Positions 1 through 11,359 of a stretch of 64,000 bases of DNA are shown in pieces. Source of the stretch: Styela clava (taxonomy: Eukaryota). Location: NCBI RefSeq assembly GCF_964204865.1, contig NC_135261.1, forward strand, positions 16,678,001 to 16,742,000, written 5' to 3'. A program made the position numbers and the translations under genes. Numbering within the stretch: the first letter of the stretch is position 1; every line of letters starts with the position of its first letter. The notes below the pieces were generated by a model. The model ran no database searches. It had not been told where the DNA came from and saw only the letters and a program-made list of their open reading frames with translations.

Positions 1-226
1 TCTTCGTACCATTGATGGCATAAAGGGAATGACTAAGTGGTTTCTTTATAGGTATAAAATCAGCTGGAATAATTGAAAGAAATGACCCAGAATCGACAAG
101 AAATCGACGTCGACTCGATTCATCAATTATGTACATAAGAGAAGTTGGTTGTTGCCATGCTGAGTTTGATGTTGCACAGATTCTTTCGGGTTTTCGACAA
201 CTTTGACCCGATCTTAGTGAAAATTT
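1..226 (-). CDS. pol N-terminus (retropepsin), reached by -1 ribosomal frameshift; partial
   Basis: The -1 frame after A AAT TTT (226-220) is open to the window edge: SLRSGQSCRKPERICATSNSAWQQPTSLMYIIDESSRRRFLVDSGSFLSIIPADFIPIKKPLSHSLYAINGTK. Confidence 0.85.
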
Positions 227-1453
227 TGAGGAGCCATGGCACATCCTACACCTTTGCATTTGTAAGCTTTGTCGCCAAAAGTCGCGTGATAGTAACAAAG
301 ATTGGGGTCCGTGTTTTGTTGAGAAATGTTCATTGGCGGTCCATTATTGTGTCGAAAAGGCGGACCACGATATTGGCGATCGCGTCTAGGCGGTCCTCTC
401 AAATTGTTGTATCTCTGAGGTGGTCTGTCCTGGTAATCATTGCCTCTCTGCTGACGGTTGTAATTTGAGCGGTAGGTTTGCTGTTTTTCCTGTGTAACCT
501 TGTCTAACTGAGTTTTAAGCTGTTTAATCTCTGCCAACAACTCTGAATAAGCTCTTGTGTCAGATTGTGGTGTTGTTTTAGAATTAGTAGCAACGCTTGA
601 TGCGGAATTTGTATCCCAGAATGTTTCTGCCATGTCTACAATTTGACTAATGAAGCGTTTTGTTCCACTTTTTGCAAAAAGTCGCCTTACGAAAATCGCC
701 ACTGGTTCTGGTACAAGTTGAACAAAATAAAACCGTAATATTTGCTCCGGAATCGGGTTTTTTGAAGCGTGAAAATCTAGTGTACGACAAATTAAGCTGT
801 ATATTTGGGTAGGTGTCATATTCTTGCATTTAGGGCCTAACGCCTCGATTTGGTCGATGAAATTCAACTCGAAAATTTGTTTGATAGCGTCAATAAAGTT
901 ATCATAATCATCCTTCGTTATTTTAGTGTCTCGATCTGGCATAAACTCCTCCATTCTAGCATATATACTGGTCTGGCGTGAAACTCTGAATTACATATTT
1001 GAGTTTAAAATCAGGATCGATGATTCCGAAATATGTGAATGAAGCAGTAATATTATCAATCCATTGCCTGACAGCGTGCTCCCAAATAGGCTCGCGTTTG
1101 TTCGAGGTCAAAAATTTTATATAGTTATCAGGCAACATAACCATCTCCGTATTCGAAGAGGTGGAAGAACTGGATGAGCGCGGTGTAGGGTTCTCAGAAC
1201 TGACATTCTCTGTAGTTATTGAAGATGTAGAAGAGCTTGATGATCCAGGTGTAGTGTTCTCAGAAGAGATAAGTTCTGTAGTTGTAGGCGAAGATGTCAT
1301 TGTGCACTGTGTGGTTTTGCGTGAACGAATTTTAATAGTTTGTATGGCTACACTTATCCTTTGTGGTTGAGTTTTAATTGAGGTTGAATCAGAGCGTCTG
1401 CTTTCTGAATCTTGCTTTTGTTTAAGGCGTTGCGACCGTCTGGTACTTGACAT
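214..1453 (-). pseudogene. gag, split into two ORFs (956-1462 and 214-954) by a frameshift near 955-967
   Basis: Gag-like N-terminal domain (PIWEHAVRQWIDNITASF...KLKYVIQSF) continues into MEEFMP... after a +1 shift at CAG TAT ATAT GCT AGA ATG; C-terminal CHCC knuckle; 2x Ser/Thr-rich ~22-aa repeat. Confidence 0.8.
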
Positions 1454-1746
1454 GCGTAACACTAAAATCTAGCGGCGACGGAACGCAACGAACGCATAAA
1501 GTGTGTATCTGGCATTCCTATATAAAAATTACACATTACAGTAAAAAAAACAATATATATATAATGTTCGTTTGAATCCTTTGTCCGTGAAAACGTCTCG
1601 AGAATAAATATGAAAAGGTATTTACTTGGAAAGACTGCGGTCTTCATTGTTGAATTCCTGAATTGCCATCATGAAGTTGATTTCCAGTTGTTGAATTGAT
1701 TTTTCCAACTTGTTGAATTGAATTTCCGAGCGGTTGCGTGTCTTTA

Positions 1747-1763
1747 CACGTCGGAGGTCATCA
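1747..1763 (-). promoter_or_regulatory. primer-binding site, tRNA-Trp-like
   Basis: TGATGACCTCCGACGTG versus the canonical TGGTGACCCCGACGTG, 3 nt after the putative LTR end. Confidence 0.75.
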
Positions 1764-1766
1764 AAA

Positions 1767-2259
1767 TATAGGGATAAAGAGATGAGATGTTGATGTGATA
1801 AAGACTATCACCCTATATGTTTAAGTTCGATTCCCGCGTTATTGTTTTGACACGCGTTATGGAATGTGACTCCAATCTGGACTCCTTCAGACGATAATAA
1901 GCACACAGTGTTGATGCTAATCGTTGTTGTATATTATAGGAAGATGCACAATCCAAATTCCGAAAACAGATAAAATTGAGACACACTTAACTCTTAACAC
2001 AGTAAATCAGGAGTGAATCAAAACACATCACACTTAACGCAGTAAAAACAGAAGTGGATCTAAACACAATATTATGCAGCCCTCTCGGCAAGCCGGGACG
2101 ATACGTCATCAAATTGGTCGATACGAGAAAGGCAGTACATGTAATCAGTAATCAGTGTTGCTACAATAAAATGACCTATTGTGGGAAATGGAACACACTA
2201 TTAAAATGAAAGGGTTAAATACATTATAATTCATAGTTACACAATGCACATTCGCTACA
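1767..2259 (-). repeat. putative 5' LTR of the CsRN1-like element
   Basis: TGTAG...CTATA imperfect terminal inverted repeat abutting the PBS. The second LTR is not in the window, so the outer boundary is uncertain (alternative TGTAG near 2165). Confidence 0.55.
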
Positions 2260-2743
2260 GTATCATTCGTATATTTTTATATCTATGTCATGTATCAAAT
2301 ATTTCAAATGTTTCGAATATTTCATTTTCGAATCGAATTACGAATCAGAATATTCCAAGTCGAATATTTCCGAATCTGAATCGATTCAAAGAAACATAAT
2401 ATTATCGTTAACTTTCTTCGCGTTTGAAATAACTAAAAGATAAATCATGATACTAAGGGACTGAAGAATAAATAAAGTTAATAGAAAAAATAAATTCAGT
2501 TAATGTATCAAATAACCAATATATATATTACGACAGAGTAAATTTTATTAAATGGTATAGTGATAGTTTTATTCTAAAATCGACGTTCAAAATATATGCG
2601 CCATGATTTGGAAAAAAGCAAGGATTACGAAGATGCTTCTCTCGCCGGTGAATTGCGGGTTCAATCAAGATTTTTGTGTACGGTAAGTAGCCTGCCTACT
2701 ATCTCGAAAAGTCGCCATCATTCAACGAACCGAGAGTTTACGA

Positions 2744-4173
2744 CGGTGTTTCCCAACCCGAGTCCGCGGTCACAAAAGAGTCCGCGGAGCGTTTGAGTGA
2801 GTCCGCAACGAGCCAGAAATTCACTGCGGGCCGCAAACGTTTTTGCGAAACTTAACTATCAACCAAGTTACGATTTACGTTGGAATTTACATAAGACAAA
2901 GAAAGTTTATTCACGTAACATTAATCGAGTCAATAATTACTGGTTACTTAGTATGGCTGGGCATATATTCCGATATTCAACTAATAGAATAACAATTTTT
3001 TATTCGAAAATTTGGTAATAGGTGACGCGACAGGTCATTTGTGCGTCGCTTAATCAAACGATTGGATTTCACAACACACTTGCGGATTTCCGGCGAAAAC
3101 ACGAGTCGGCACACGCGTCGATAGATACCTAAGTGGCGTATCTCGCGAGTTCGAACAACGAGGAATTAATTTTTAAAGGCGTCAATGGTGGCAACCCAAA
3201 TTTTCTAAATGAAAAGCGACAATACTTATACTAAAAATAAAACAGAGAACACCATAACACCATGATGATCCGCTTTTATGATGATCCGCGACCGATTGAA
3301 AACGCTTTTTTAGACATTGCAAATCGTAAAATTTCGGGTGCTGCCGTAGTATATGCACCAGCAATGACATGTTTAATGTCATTGGTACCAGGGATTTTTT
3401 TCTTAAAATCCTTTGCCTCCTCCACATTAGTACGTAAAGTACTGGAGCGCAGTAAATGCTGTAAGGACATCTCAGATTTGTCAAATTCACAAAAATACGA
3501 ATCAAAACAAAATATAATCGGGCACTTTACCACGCATTTTTGTGTCCACTGATTGTCATGATATTTTTGCATTTATTTCGTCAACATAACCGAAAATTGA
3601 AATGCGAGGCAGATCCAAATTAAATTAATAATAAAGCAAGGCGATGAATGTGTATTTTTGATTTACTAATATATTTTGAATATATTTTTAATAAGTACTA
3701 AATCAAGTTGTACTGTCTATAAATTTATAGCAGTTAGCAGGCGATAACAAATTCGCAAGATCGCAAAAAATATGTATCAAAACTAAATATAATCGCGCAA
3801 TAAATTCTCAAATTGATATGCTCGTAGATTGCTGTGGCATTTTAAAGAAGTAATGCTTTCATCTTGTCGTAAGTCGACGAAACCGCAAGTTACCATGAAT
3901 ACAATCAAATTAAAATAGACCCATTTTAAATTCTCGTTGTTGTCATGGATTAAATATTGGGCGACAGGCCATTCATTATACACTAAAAAAGTCGGTTCTT
4001 TTCATGAACGCGTAATTGCGGCGAATTTCCGATTTTGATTCAATAAAATTCTGTTGTGTTTGGTTTTATTGTTTCTTCACACAGAGTGCGGTTGCAATAA
4101 ACGCACATTGAGTTCGCAAAGGTTTTCGCCGGTGAGAAAATAGTCCGCGACCAAAAAAGGTTGGGAAACGCTG
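2744..4173. mobile_element. non-autonomous hAT (Charlie-like) element
   Basis: TIRs CGGTGTTTCCCAACC / GGTTGGGAAACGCTG; 8-bp TSD GTTTACGA (2736-2743) / GTTTACTA (4174-4181); subterminal GTCCGCG repeats. Confidence 0.8.
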
Positions 4174-4835
4174 GTTTACTAGTATGATTGGCACAGCATA
4201 GTACAATGTTAGCTGTCATTAGAAAGATATTAAAAATATCTAAACATTTTATTGATTTTGTTATAGGATATTTTAATAACATTTCGGATTTTTTGTATAT
4301 CATAGCTGGCTCCACACTACAATTTTATACGCACATCCATTTTCAAATTTTTTTTCTTCAGGCAATCGTAAGATTTTAAATCAAAATTGACATCATTATT
4401 AGTTACGAATTTGCTTTCATTCAATATGTCATTCCTTATATTGAGGCAATTCACCGATTTAATATTATTTTACTCGACCGGGACTGGTAACCAGGAGAGT
4501 CCACGGTTCTCCATATGATCAATCCTACTTAAGATTGTTCTTTTAGTCACTGGTTACATTCTAAAATTCCACAAGTTTACCTTCTTAAGGTCGACGGTAT
4601 CGAAGTTACGAATTTAAAATCCTGTATCTGTAAATGCTGCACCAATTAGCGTTTGTTTAAAAGCCGGTTCGTAAAAAGTGTTTCAAAAGTTATTCCCCGA
4701 TGTTATATTATATCGTGTTTGTTTATTTTACTCTGTGCTGTCTCTGTTTTGGCAATCGGGGGCGTACTTTTTGTACGTTTTACCCAGGTTTTACCCAAAG
4801 CGTATAAATAATATAAGCGAGGCAACGCTCAGACA

Positions 4836-5604
4836 ATGGACGCCATCTTGTGCCTATTGTTCTCGGCAATTTAACACAGCGCCTTATGAGAAGTTTCAAC
4901 ACAATTATTGAAACATACCTATTATTTTCACTAATATTTTGCGTACAAAAATTTTGAAGGTCGCGTTTTGAAGTAGAATCTTAGCCGTACATGCTTATAT
5001 CCTTTCATGTTGGCCAAATTACATTTATAGTACATTAAATTGTCTTTGAAGACAAGTATACCGGTTCCGAGTTGCTTCCGAAGTAAATTGGCCATTCTAA
5101 TCGTCATAATTAACCATTTGACAATGGCGTTCCTTATGACGTCACAGATGAAAAGTTGTATGTTTTCTTCGAAATTACCGGCCGACCCAACTTTGCTTCA
5201 ATGGCCGTTTCTATTTTCTGGTTGAAATTTTTCGGTCGTCAATCTCCATAATGCTCTACTGCTCAGCTCAAAGCTGCGCTAGAAGAACAAATGACATTGT
5301 AGGATTGTTGCGGAGACATTTTACAGCCTCAAATTAGCGTATCACTATAAAATCTTTGGAAATATGACCAAAAATGGTTCTACGCTGTGTTTGGGGTCAA
5401 ATTTAGCGCATTGGTTAGTTTTTTTTCCTAAATTGCGTTATATATTAAGATAGCATATATCTTAAAGTTCAAAATCCACCCTTCAGTTTCATTCTAGCAC
5501 TTGTACCAGCGGACTTATTCGATTCGGTACAACAACACGACGAAAATTTCCCATAAGACTCCATTGTTTCGCGTTTCCCAAATATGGCACAAGATGGCGT
5601 CCAT
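4836..5604. repeat. segment bounded by a 19-bp inverted repeat, probable MITE relic
   Basis: ATGGACGCCATCTTGTGCC (4836-4854) / GGCACAAGATGGCGTCCAT (5586-5604); no TSD found. Confidence 0.45.
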
Positions 5605-6269
5605 GAACTTGCTTAACATTAGGCAAGTTGGTTGCCGGCCGTTGGTTTTACCCAAAGTGTTATAGTCACTTTGGTTTTACCTTAATTGCAAGCTTTGCTC
5701 GCCGTCCAAGTAACCCGCATTTTGTTTGTTCGTTTGTTACTGTTGTATTGTTTCGTTTTACGCCAGAGCGACCAAAACAGCATTTTTACTGATTGATATT
5801 CATTCTGACAGTGAAGTATTATTTCGACAAGATACTGAAATCCAGGTGTGTTTTCAATATCCGCCACTGTAGGCGCTATAATTTCGAACTGGAATATGTA
5901 CAAGTTTCGTAATCTTTTGTTTTTAATTTAATCCAGTAAACTTTACTGCTTTATTATGCTGTCGAAGTAAGCGGATTTGCCCGATTTCTTTGTGTTTACT
6001 ACCTCTGTGTGAGTCTGTTTGCAGTATCCAGGTATTGTCGTGTACCGTACCTGTCCTATAGCATAAATCGAAATTATAACTGTTCTTTGTGCCATATATG
6101 TGTCGACCTCTTCATTCAGCTGACTTTGGTTCAGGTCAAAGCTCAAAAACTGCATCAGCATATCTTTTGTTGTTCGCGCGTGACTCGAAACGCTTACGTT
6201 AGCAAACTGATTCAATACTGTGTGCAGATGTCCCATTACCAACCAGTACAAACTACTAAAAGGATCAGC

Positions 6270-7334
6270 ATGGAGAATTGGCTTACCGCTGCAATCGTCA
6301 TAGTGTCCATAATATTTTTGGCAAGATCGGACATAAAACTTCACTTGGAGGACAAACATCTACAGGGCCAAGCCGTTGGTCATTCACAGGGCGTTTATTC
6401 GGAGGATTCCTGCGATGAGTTTTTCTTTGGGATGCCATTTCCTAAAATAAAAAGTGACCAGACTGGGTTAGTTAAGCTTTGCCAAACGCAGCAGCATGAT
6501 GGATACGTGGGTCCTGCAGTTTATGCAACCTTGTTCAGCATAACAGATAGAATACCTGTTTACTCAGCAGATGTTATAACACTGTATCCTAACAGTACAG
6601 GGTACATGCGACCAGATGAAAAATATTGGAACAGAGTGGCTTTGGAACTTTGTAATATAGATCCCTCAAATCTTCCATCATTTCCTATCTCTTCAAGATT
6701 AGGTTCAGCAGGAAGTGACACGGTTGCATGCGGAGCGAATCAAGCTATCAATAGGGATTATAAGGGTAACTGGGAAGCACTTGGTGTTGACAGGGGGCAT
6801 TTAAACCCAAATGCAATCAATTTCCAAGATCAGGAAAGTCAGGTTGGCACATTTACTTTAACGAATGCTGCTCCACAGTTTTCTGCATTCAATCAAATTG
6901 CATGGGAGCAATATGAATGTGTGACTAAATACATTGTCATGAAGTACACCCCACTTCAGCGTGTTTACGTCGTTACTGGGACGATGGGACAAGCAAAGGA
7001 TCCAGCTGGAAATCTTTTATGGATGAATGATGGAACGCTGGATAAGAAAAACAGAGTAAAAGTTCCCGAGTACTATTGGAAGGCAGTTTGCTATCCTGGA
7101 AATCCTTGGGACTCGACAAGTCCATGGGCCTATGCGATCATAGATAAAAACATAAAGGACGCTGGAAATTCTAGTCCAGACAATATCATGCCTGTAGAGA
7201 AATTCTCATCCATGTATTTTGAAGATGACGTATTCGCGGAACCTTGCTTGAGTGCAACGATGGGGCCAATTCAAAATCTCTTCGACGACTGGACAAACCA
7301 CGTAAACAGCATTTGTCACGGCAGAAGAAGATAA
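6270..7334 (+). CDS. secreted DNA/RNA non-specific endonuclease (Endonuclease_NS, ENDOD1-like), intronless CDS
   Basis: Likely start at ATG 6270 with a signal peptide (MENWLTAAIVIVSIIFLA). Motifs YATLF..RIPVYSA, DRGHLNP, TFTLTNAAPQ..FNQIAWEQYE, VVTG, VPEYYWKAVC. Confidence 0.9.
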   Translation: MENWLTAAIVIVSIIFLARSDIKLHLEDKHLQGQAVGHSQGVYSEDSCDEFFFGMPFPKIKSDQTGLVKLCQTQQHDGYVGPAVYATLFSITDRIPVYSADVITLYPNSTGYMRPDEKYWNRVALELCNIDPSNLPSFPISSRLGSAGSDTVACGANQAINRDYKGNWEALGVDRGHLNPNAINFQDQESQVGTFTLTNAAPQFSAFNQIAWEQYECVTKYIVMKYTPLQRVYVVTGTMGQAKDPAGNLLWMNDGTLDKKNRVKVPEYYWKAVCYPGNPWDSTSPWAYAIIDKNIKDAGNSSPDNIMPVEKFSSMYFEDDVFAEPCLSATMGPIQNLFDDWTNHVNSICHGRRR

Positions 7335-8464
7335 ATTTAATACACATATAAACACAAATTGACTACCAATCTCATGTCTTATCAACATATCATAACAGCA
7401 TTGAACACACATTTTATTTTATAGCATTAATTTGCAGAACCCATTAATTAGCATAATTTTAAAATAGTATATAGTGATTATTTGCCAACTTTTTTTTCAT
7501 CTTTAATGTCTTTAATTCAGCTGCTGATATCTCATTAAATTACAAATATATGTTACATAACCTTTCTGTTGTTACTATGCCGTAATATTGACCTTGCTTG
7601 TTTACTGCCTAAACTTTTGTATAGTATTTTTTTTTCTTCCAACATACCACTGTATACAACCTTTCAATTTGATGTACATATGTGATTTTGAGACAATGGT
7701 TCTCTGATTATGTTTCCGTACTTTCTGTTGAATTCAATATGATTGTATAAAACTATGTATTTGATATTGTTTTAAACCAGTTGTGTCCAACCTCCGGCCC
7801 ACAAGAAGTTTGCTGCCGATCCTTGGCCAACTGTTTACAATAACATTATAAGTAAAACTGAGACAAAAAACTTTGTGTATCATACGTTTGTAATGCAATA
7901 TCACACAAAACACACGACCAAAGCATGTGGTATTTGGTATGACTGGAACGGCAAGAGGGGACGTTATCGAACATTTGGTTTTTTGGTCAAGTAGAGGGTT
8001 GTTTGCTCAATATTTCATAAATCTTAATCAAGTTTCAAACCTATAACCTGAAAAAATATACGCAATGAAATTACAGAAAAAAGTATCATCAGGAAATGCT
8101 TTTCTATTTGTTTCAATGATATTTTTTTACGATCAAAAATGTCAAATATAAATGACACACCAATTACGTGGCACAGCATGCGAGTGTGTAAATAACGTTC
8201 AAAATGTGTTTTGCAATAGAAGAAATAGTTTCATGCTGTCTATTTATATCTTATATTCCACCAAAAATTTATGGTTATGACATTTTTTAATGTGTGACCT
8301 GCGGCAAGTATGATTTCCAAGTAGTTATAAAACTGTGCCTCATTTGTAAAATCAAAATTGCCTTAAATTTTGCTTCTTTTCGTATAAATACTACTATATT
8401 GAAGAGCAATTTTTTGTTGTTTTCTCCTTAGTTATCAAAAGCCTATTATTGCACTAGTTTAGCA

Positions 8465-10375
8465 ATGAATTGGTGGTTATTGGCAGTGTCATGTAGCTTA
8501 TTAACGCTATCGGTTGAAAGCAGAGAGTTTACAGTTGATTACAAGAACAATGTGTTTCTGAAAGATGGCGAGCCATTTCAATACATCTCTGGGTGCATGC
8601 ACTATTTTCGCGTTCCTCGATATTACTGGCGTGATAGGCTTCGAAAGATGAGAGCATGTGGATTGGATGCGGTGCAAACATATATTCCGTGGAATTTTCA
8701 TGTAGTAGATGGTTCTTATCGATTTGATGGCGAACATGACATTGCGGCTTTCCTCGAAATGGCACAAGAGGAGGGTCTTCTTGCTATTATAAGAGGTTTT
8801 CCCTTTTCTGACACAGAGTGGGACATGGGAGGCTTACCCAGTTTTCTGTTAAAATCAAAATATAATCCTCGAGAAAATCCAATAGGTCTCCGAACATCTG
8901 ACCCAAGATTTTTGTCTGCTGTAAAGGATTGGCTTGGTGTCATACTCCCAATATTGAAGCAATATTTGTATAACAATGGGGGCCCGATAATAATGATACA
9001 AATAGAAAACGAATACGGGAGCTATTACGCACAAGATACTACGTATTTAAAATCATTATACTATGATATTGATACCATGCTGGATGAGAATGTCGTCCTT
9101 TTTACAACGGATGGTGACGGCGCTAGCTATTTGGAACATGGGCATATTGATGGAGTATTTCAAACAGTAGATTTTGGACCAGGGGCAAATGTCACTTCTT
9201 CTTTTACCCTACTGAGAAAATTTCAGCCTGATGGGCCTCTTGTCAATTCAGAATACTATACGGGATGGTTAGATCATTGGGGTGAAAACCATCACAGGAC
9301 ATCGTCGGAAGCGATTTGTAAAATATTTGATGAAATGCTAGCAGCAGGTGCATCTGTAAACTTTTACATGTTTACCGGAGGAACTAATTTTGGATACTGG
9401 AGTGGATCAAATGGTGGTTCAATCTCACAAGTTACAACCAGCTATGACTATGATTCACCAATAAGTGAAAACGGAGATACAATGGAAAAATACTTCAAAA
9501 TTCAAGAAGTTATTTCAAGATACAAACCACTGCCTCATATATCAGTACCACCGAATATTACAACAATTAGCTATGGATCATTGAAGTTAACTAACCAAGG
9601 CTCTTTTTGGGACCATTTAACATCACTTTGCCCGGATGGGCCTGTTATAGGATCTTCGCCATTGTCATATGAAGATTTAGATGTGGTAGGAGGGTATGTT
9701 CTATACAGGACCACTGTACCACCATTGTTTCAAAGACACGGTGGCCAAAATGTCAATTTAACACTCGAGAATTCAGTTCGTGACCATGCAAAGATATATG
9801 TCAACCAAAATTATGTTGGACAACTGGAAAGAGGTTCACAGACTTTAAATTTAGGAGCATGTTCTGAAGGAGATCAAATTGATATATTAGTTGAAAGCAG
9901 AGGACGATTGTCTGTCGGTACTGGCATCAATGATACCAAAGGGATTGATGGGAAAGCGAAAATTTCAATTGGCACAATATACATAGCCTGGTTAACAAAT
10001 TGGGAAATGTATCCGTTGAATTTGAAAAACATGGCTCTAAATTTAAAAAGCAGTGAACAAACAAACGGAGTGAATATGGAACAGGTACCTGCAATATACA
10101 CAGGAACATTGTTTGCTCAAACAGTCGCAGATACTTTTATAGACTTATCAGGAGGCAGCTGGACAAGTGGTTATGTTTTAGTAAATGGTTTTAATCTAGG
10201 AAAATTCCAACCAAAACAAGGACCTCAAATAACTTTGTATCTCCCAACAAAGACTATTTTAACTGATGAACCAATTCTGCATTTCACACTTTTTGAGATG
10301 AATCCGAGTCCAACATGTGCAGTGGCATCAAGTTCCTGCACAATTAACCTGATTGATCATCCAATGATTGGGTAA
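8465..10375 (+). CDS. GH35 beta-galactosidase (GLB1/GLB1L-like), intronless CDS
   Basis: Signal peptide; FLKDGEPFQYISGCMHYFRVP; QIENEYGSY (acid/base Glu); NSEYYTGWLDHWG (nucleophile Glu); TSYDYDSPI; GPQITLY. Acceptor TTTTCTCCTTAG ends at 8431. Confidence 0.93.
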   Translation: MNWWLLAVSCSLLTLSVESREFTVDYKNNVFLKDGEPFQYISGCMHYFRVPRYYWRDRLRKMRACGLDAVQTYIPWNFHVVDGSYRFDGEHDIAAFLEMAQEEGLLAIIRGFPFSDTEWDMGGLPSFLLKSKYNPRENPIGLRTSDPRFLSAVKDWLGVILPILKQYLYNNGGPIIMIQIENEYGSYYAQDTTYLKSLYYDIDTMLDENVVLFTTDGDGASYLEHGHIDGVFQTVDFGPGANVTSSFTLLRKFQPDGPLVNSEYYTGWLDHWGENHHRTSSEAICKIFDEMLAAGASVNFYMFTGGTNFGYWSGSNGGSISQVTTSYDYDSPISENGDTMEKYFKIQEVISRYKPLPHISVPPNITTISYGSLKLTNQGSFWDHLTSLCPDGPVIGSSPLSYEDLDVVGGYVLYRTTVPPLFQRHGGQNVNLTLENSVRDHAKIYVNQNYVGQLERGSQTLNLGACSEGDQIDILVESRGRLSVGTGINDTKGIDGKAKISIGTIYIAWLTNWEMYPLNLKNMALNLKSSEQTNGVNMEQVPAIYTGTLFAQTVADTFIDLSGGSWTSGYVLVNGFNLGKFQPKQGPQITLYLPTKTILTDEPILHFTLFEMNPSPTCAVASSSCTINLIDHPMIG

Positions 10376-10913
10376 ATTTTCACCAACCATATAACGAAAT
10401 TAATATGGCCGTCTGTAAATACTGCTACAAATGCTATCTGTAAAGATAAGACGGCTATGTGCATAGGATATATCAGGTATCTGTAAAGCTGCAATTGTGA
10501 ACCATGATTAGCATTCTGCAATGATGAAATTTAATATTAATTCCTCCATTCTTCACTGTATAAAGCAGTATATCTTATACTCCCAAATTTTCAAATCTAG
10601 ACTATGCAAAATCTCTAGCAATATTATATTGTTTGATTTTCATCACATATTTCAATAAATATCTTCATCATATTAAAAAAGAATTTTATTTAAAAAAATA
10701 GCACAAGCTGCATAGGCATAGTATAGTGTGAAATAGGTGATTTCAGATGAGAATTAGAAAACAAAATAAGGAAAAGTAGATACGCAAACGCAATTATTGC
10801 TATTCATCACAAATTTAGTCAATGCCACAACCCAACCAATGATAGGTGATTTCTATACAATGATGTAAATAATAAGGTACGATACTTTATTTGAAGTTCA
10901 CAGGCAGACTCTA

Positions 10914-11160
10914 TTGGCCTACTGGTTGGAGCGCAGTGCTAAGAACCTGTAACCCACTTGCCATCGCACCTGTGGATAGCTTACCGCGACTCCGCAGATT
11001 CGGATCGGTTTGGGGATAATTATATGAGAGAAGATTGCTAGACTACCTGCTGTTGTGAGGTGGTTCACGTAACCACTGGTCGGTTATGGTTTCCTCCAAG
11101 CCCATGCATCTGAAATAAATAATTGGCTTACTATTTTCATACCAGACATCAAATGGATGA
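10914..11160 (+). mobile_element. tRNA-derived SINE, decayed copy
   Basis: Shares GGTGGTTCACGTAACC.CTGGTCGGTTA.GG.TTCCTCC with the copy at 18438-18780. Confidence 0.7.
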
Positions 11161-11359
11161 AAGCAATTTAATTCTTCGAGTATGATAATTCTGAAAACTA
11201 ATCAAATTATTGTTTATATCAACTTTTCAACATTCAAATTCAAACTGTTATTTAGAGTATATCTTTTGGCCATCTCTGGCTTTTAGTTTTTTCAGTATTA
11301 TATAAAGTGTGATCAATTTTGTGGTAAATACAACCAACCCAGTGAGTGTGTCCTTTAAA

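Larger units (their letters stand above)
1..2259 (-). mobile_element. Ty3/gypsy LTR retrotransposon, CsRN1/Kabuki-like, 5' portion (runs off window start)
   Basis: On the minus strand: putative LTR (TGTAG at 2259 ... CTATA at 1767), PBS TGATGACCTCCGACGTG resembling the tRNA-Trp complement, gag with a CX2HX9CX4C knuckle (CYYHATFGDKAYKCKGVGC), then aspartic protease FLVDSGSFLSIIP...LYAINGT in the -1 frame. Confidence 0.9.

Noticed and set aside
3182-3572. Short ORFs inside the hAT element as transposase or captured gene
   Set aside because: No motif recognised; overlapping short ORFs on both strands.
6009-6269. 87-codon N-terminal extension of the endonuclease ORF
   Set aside because: Starts at GTG, shows no motif, and the signal peptide begins at ATG 6270.
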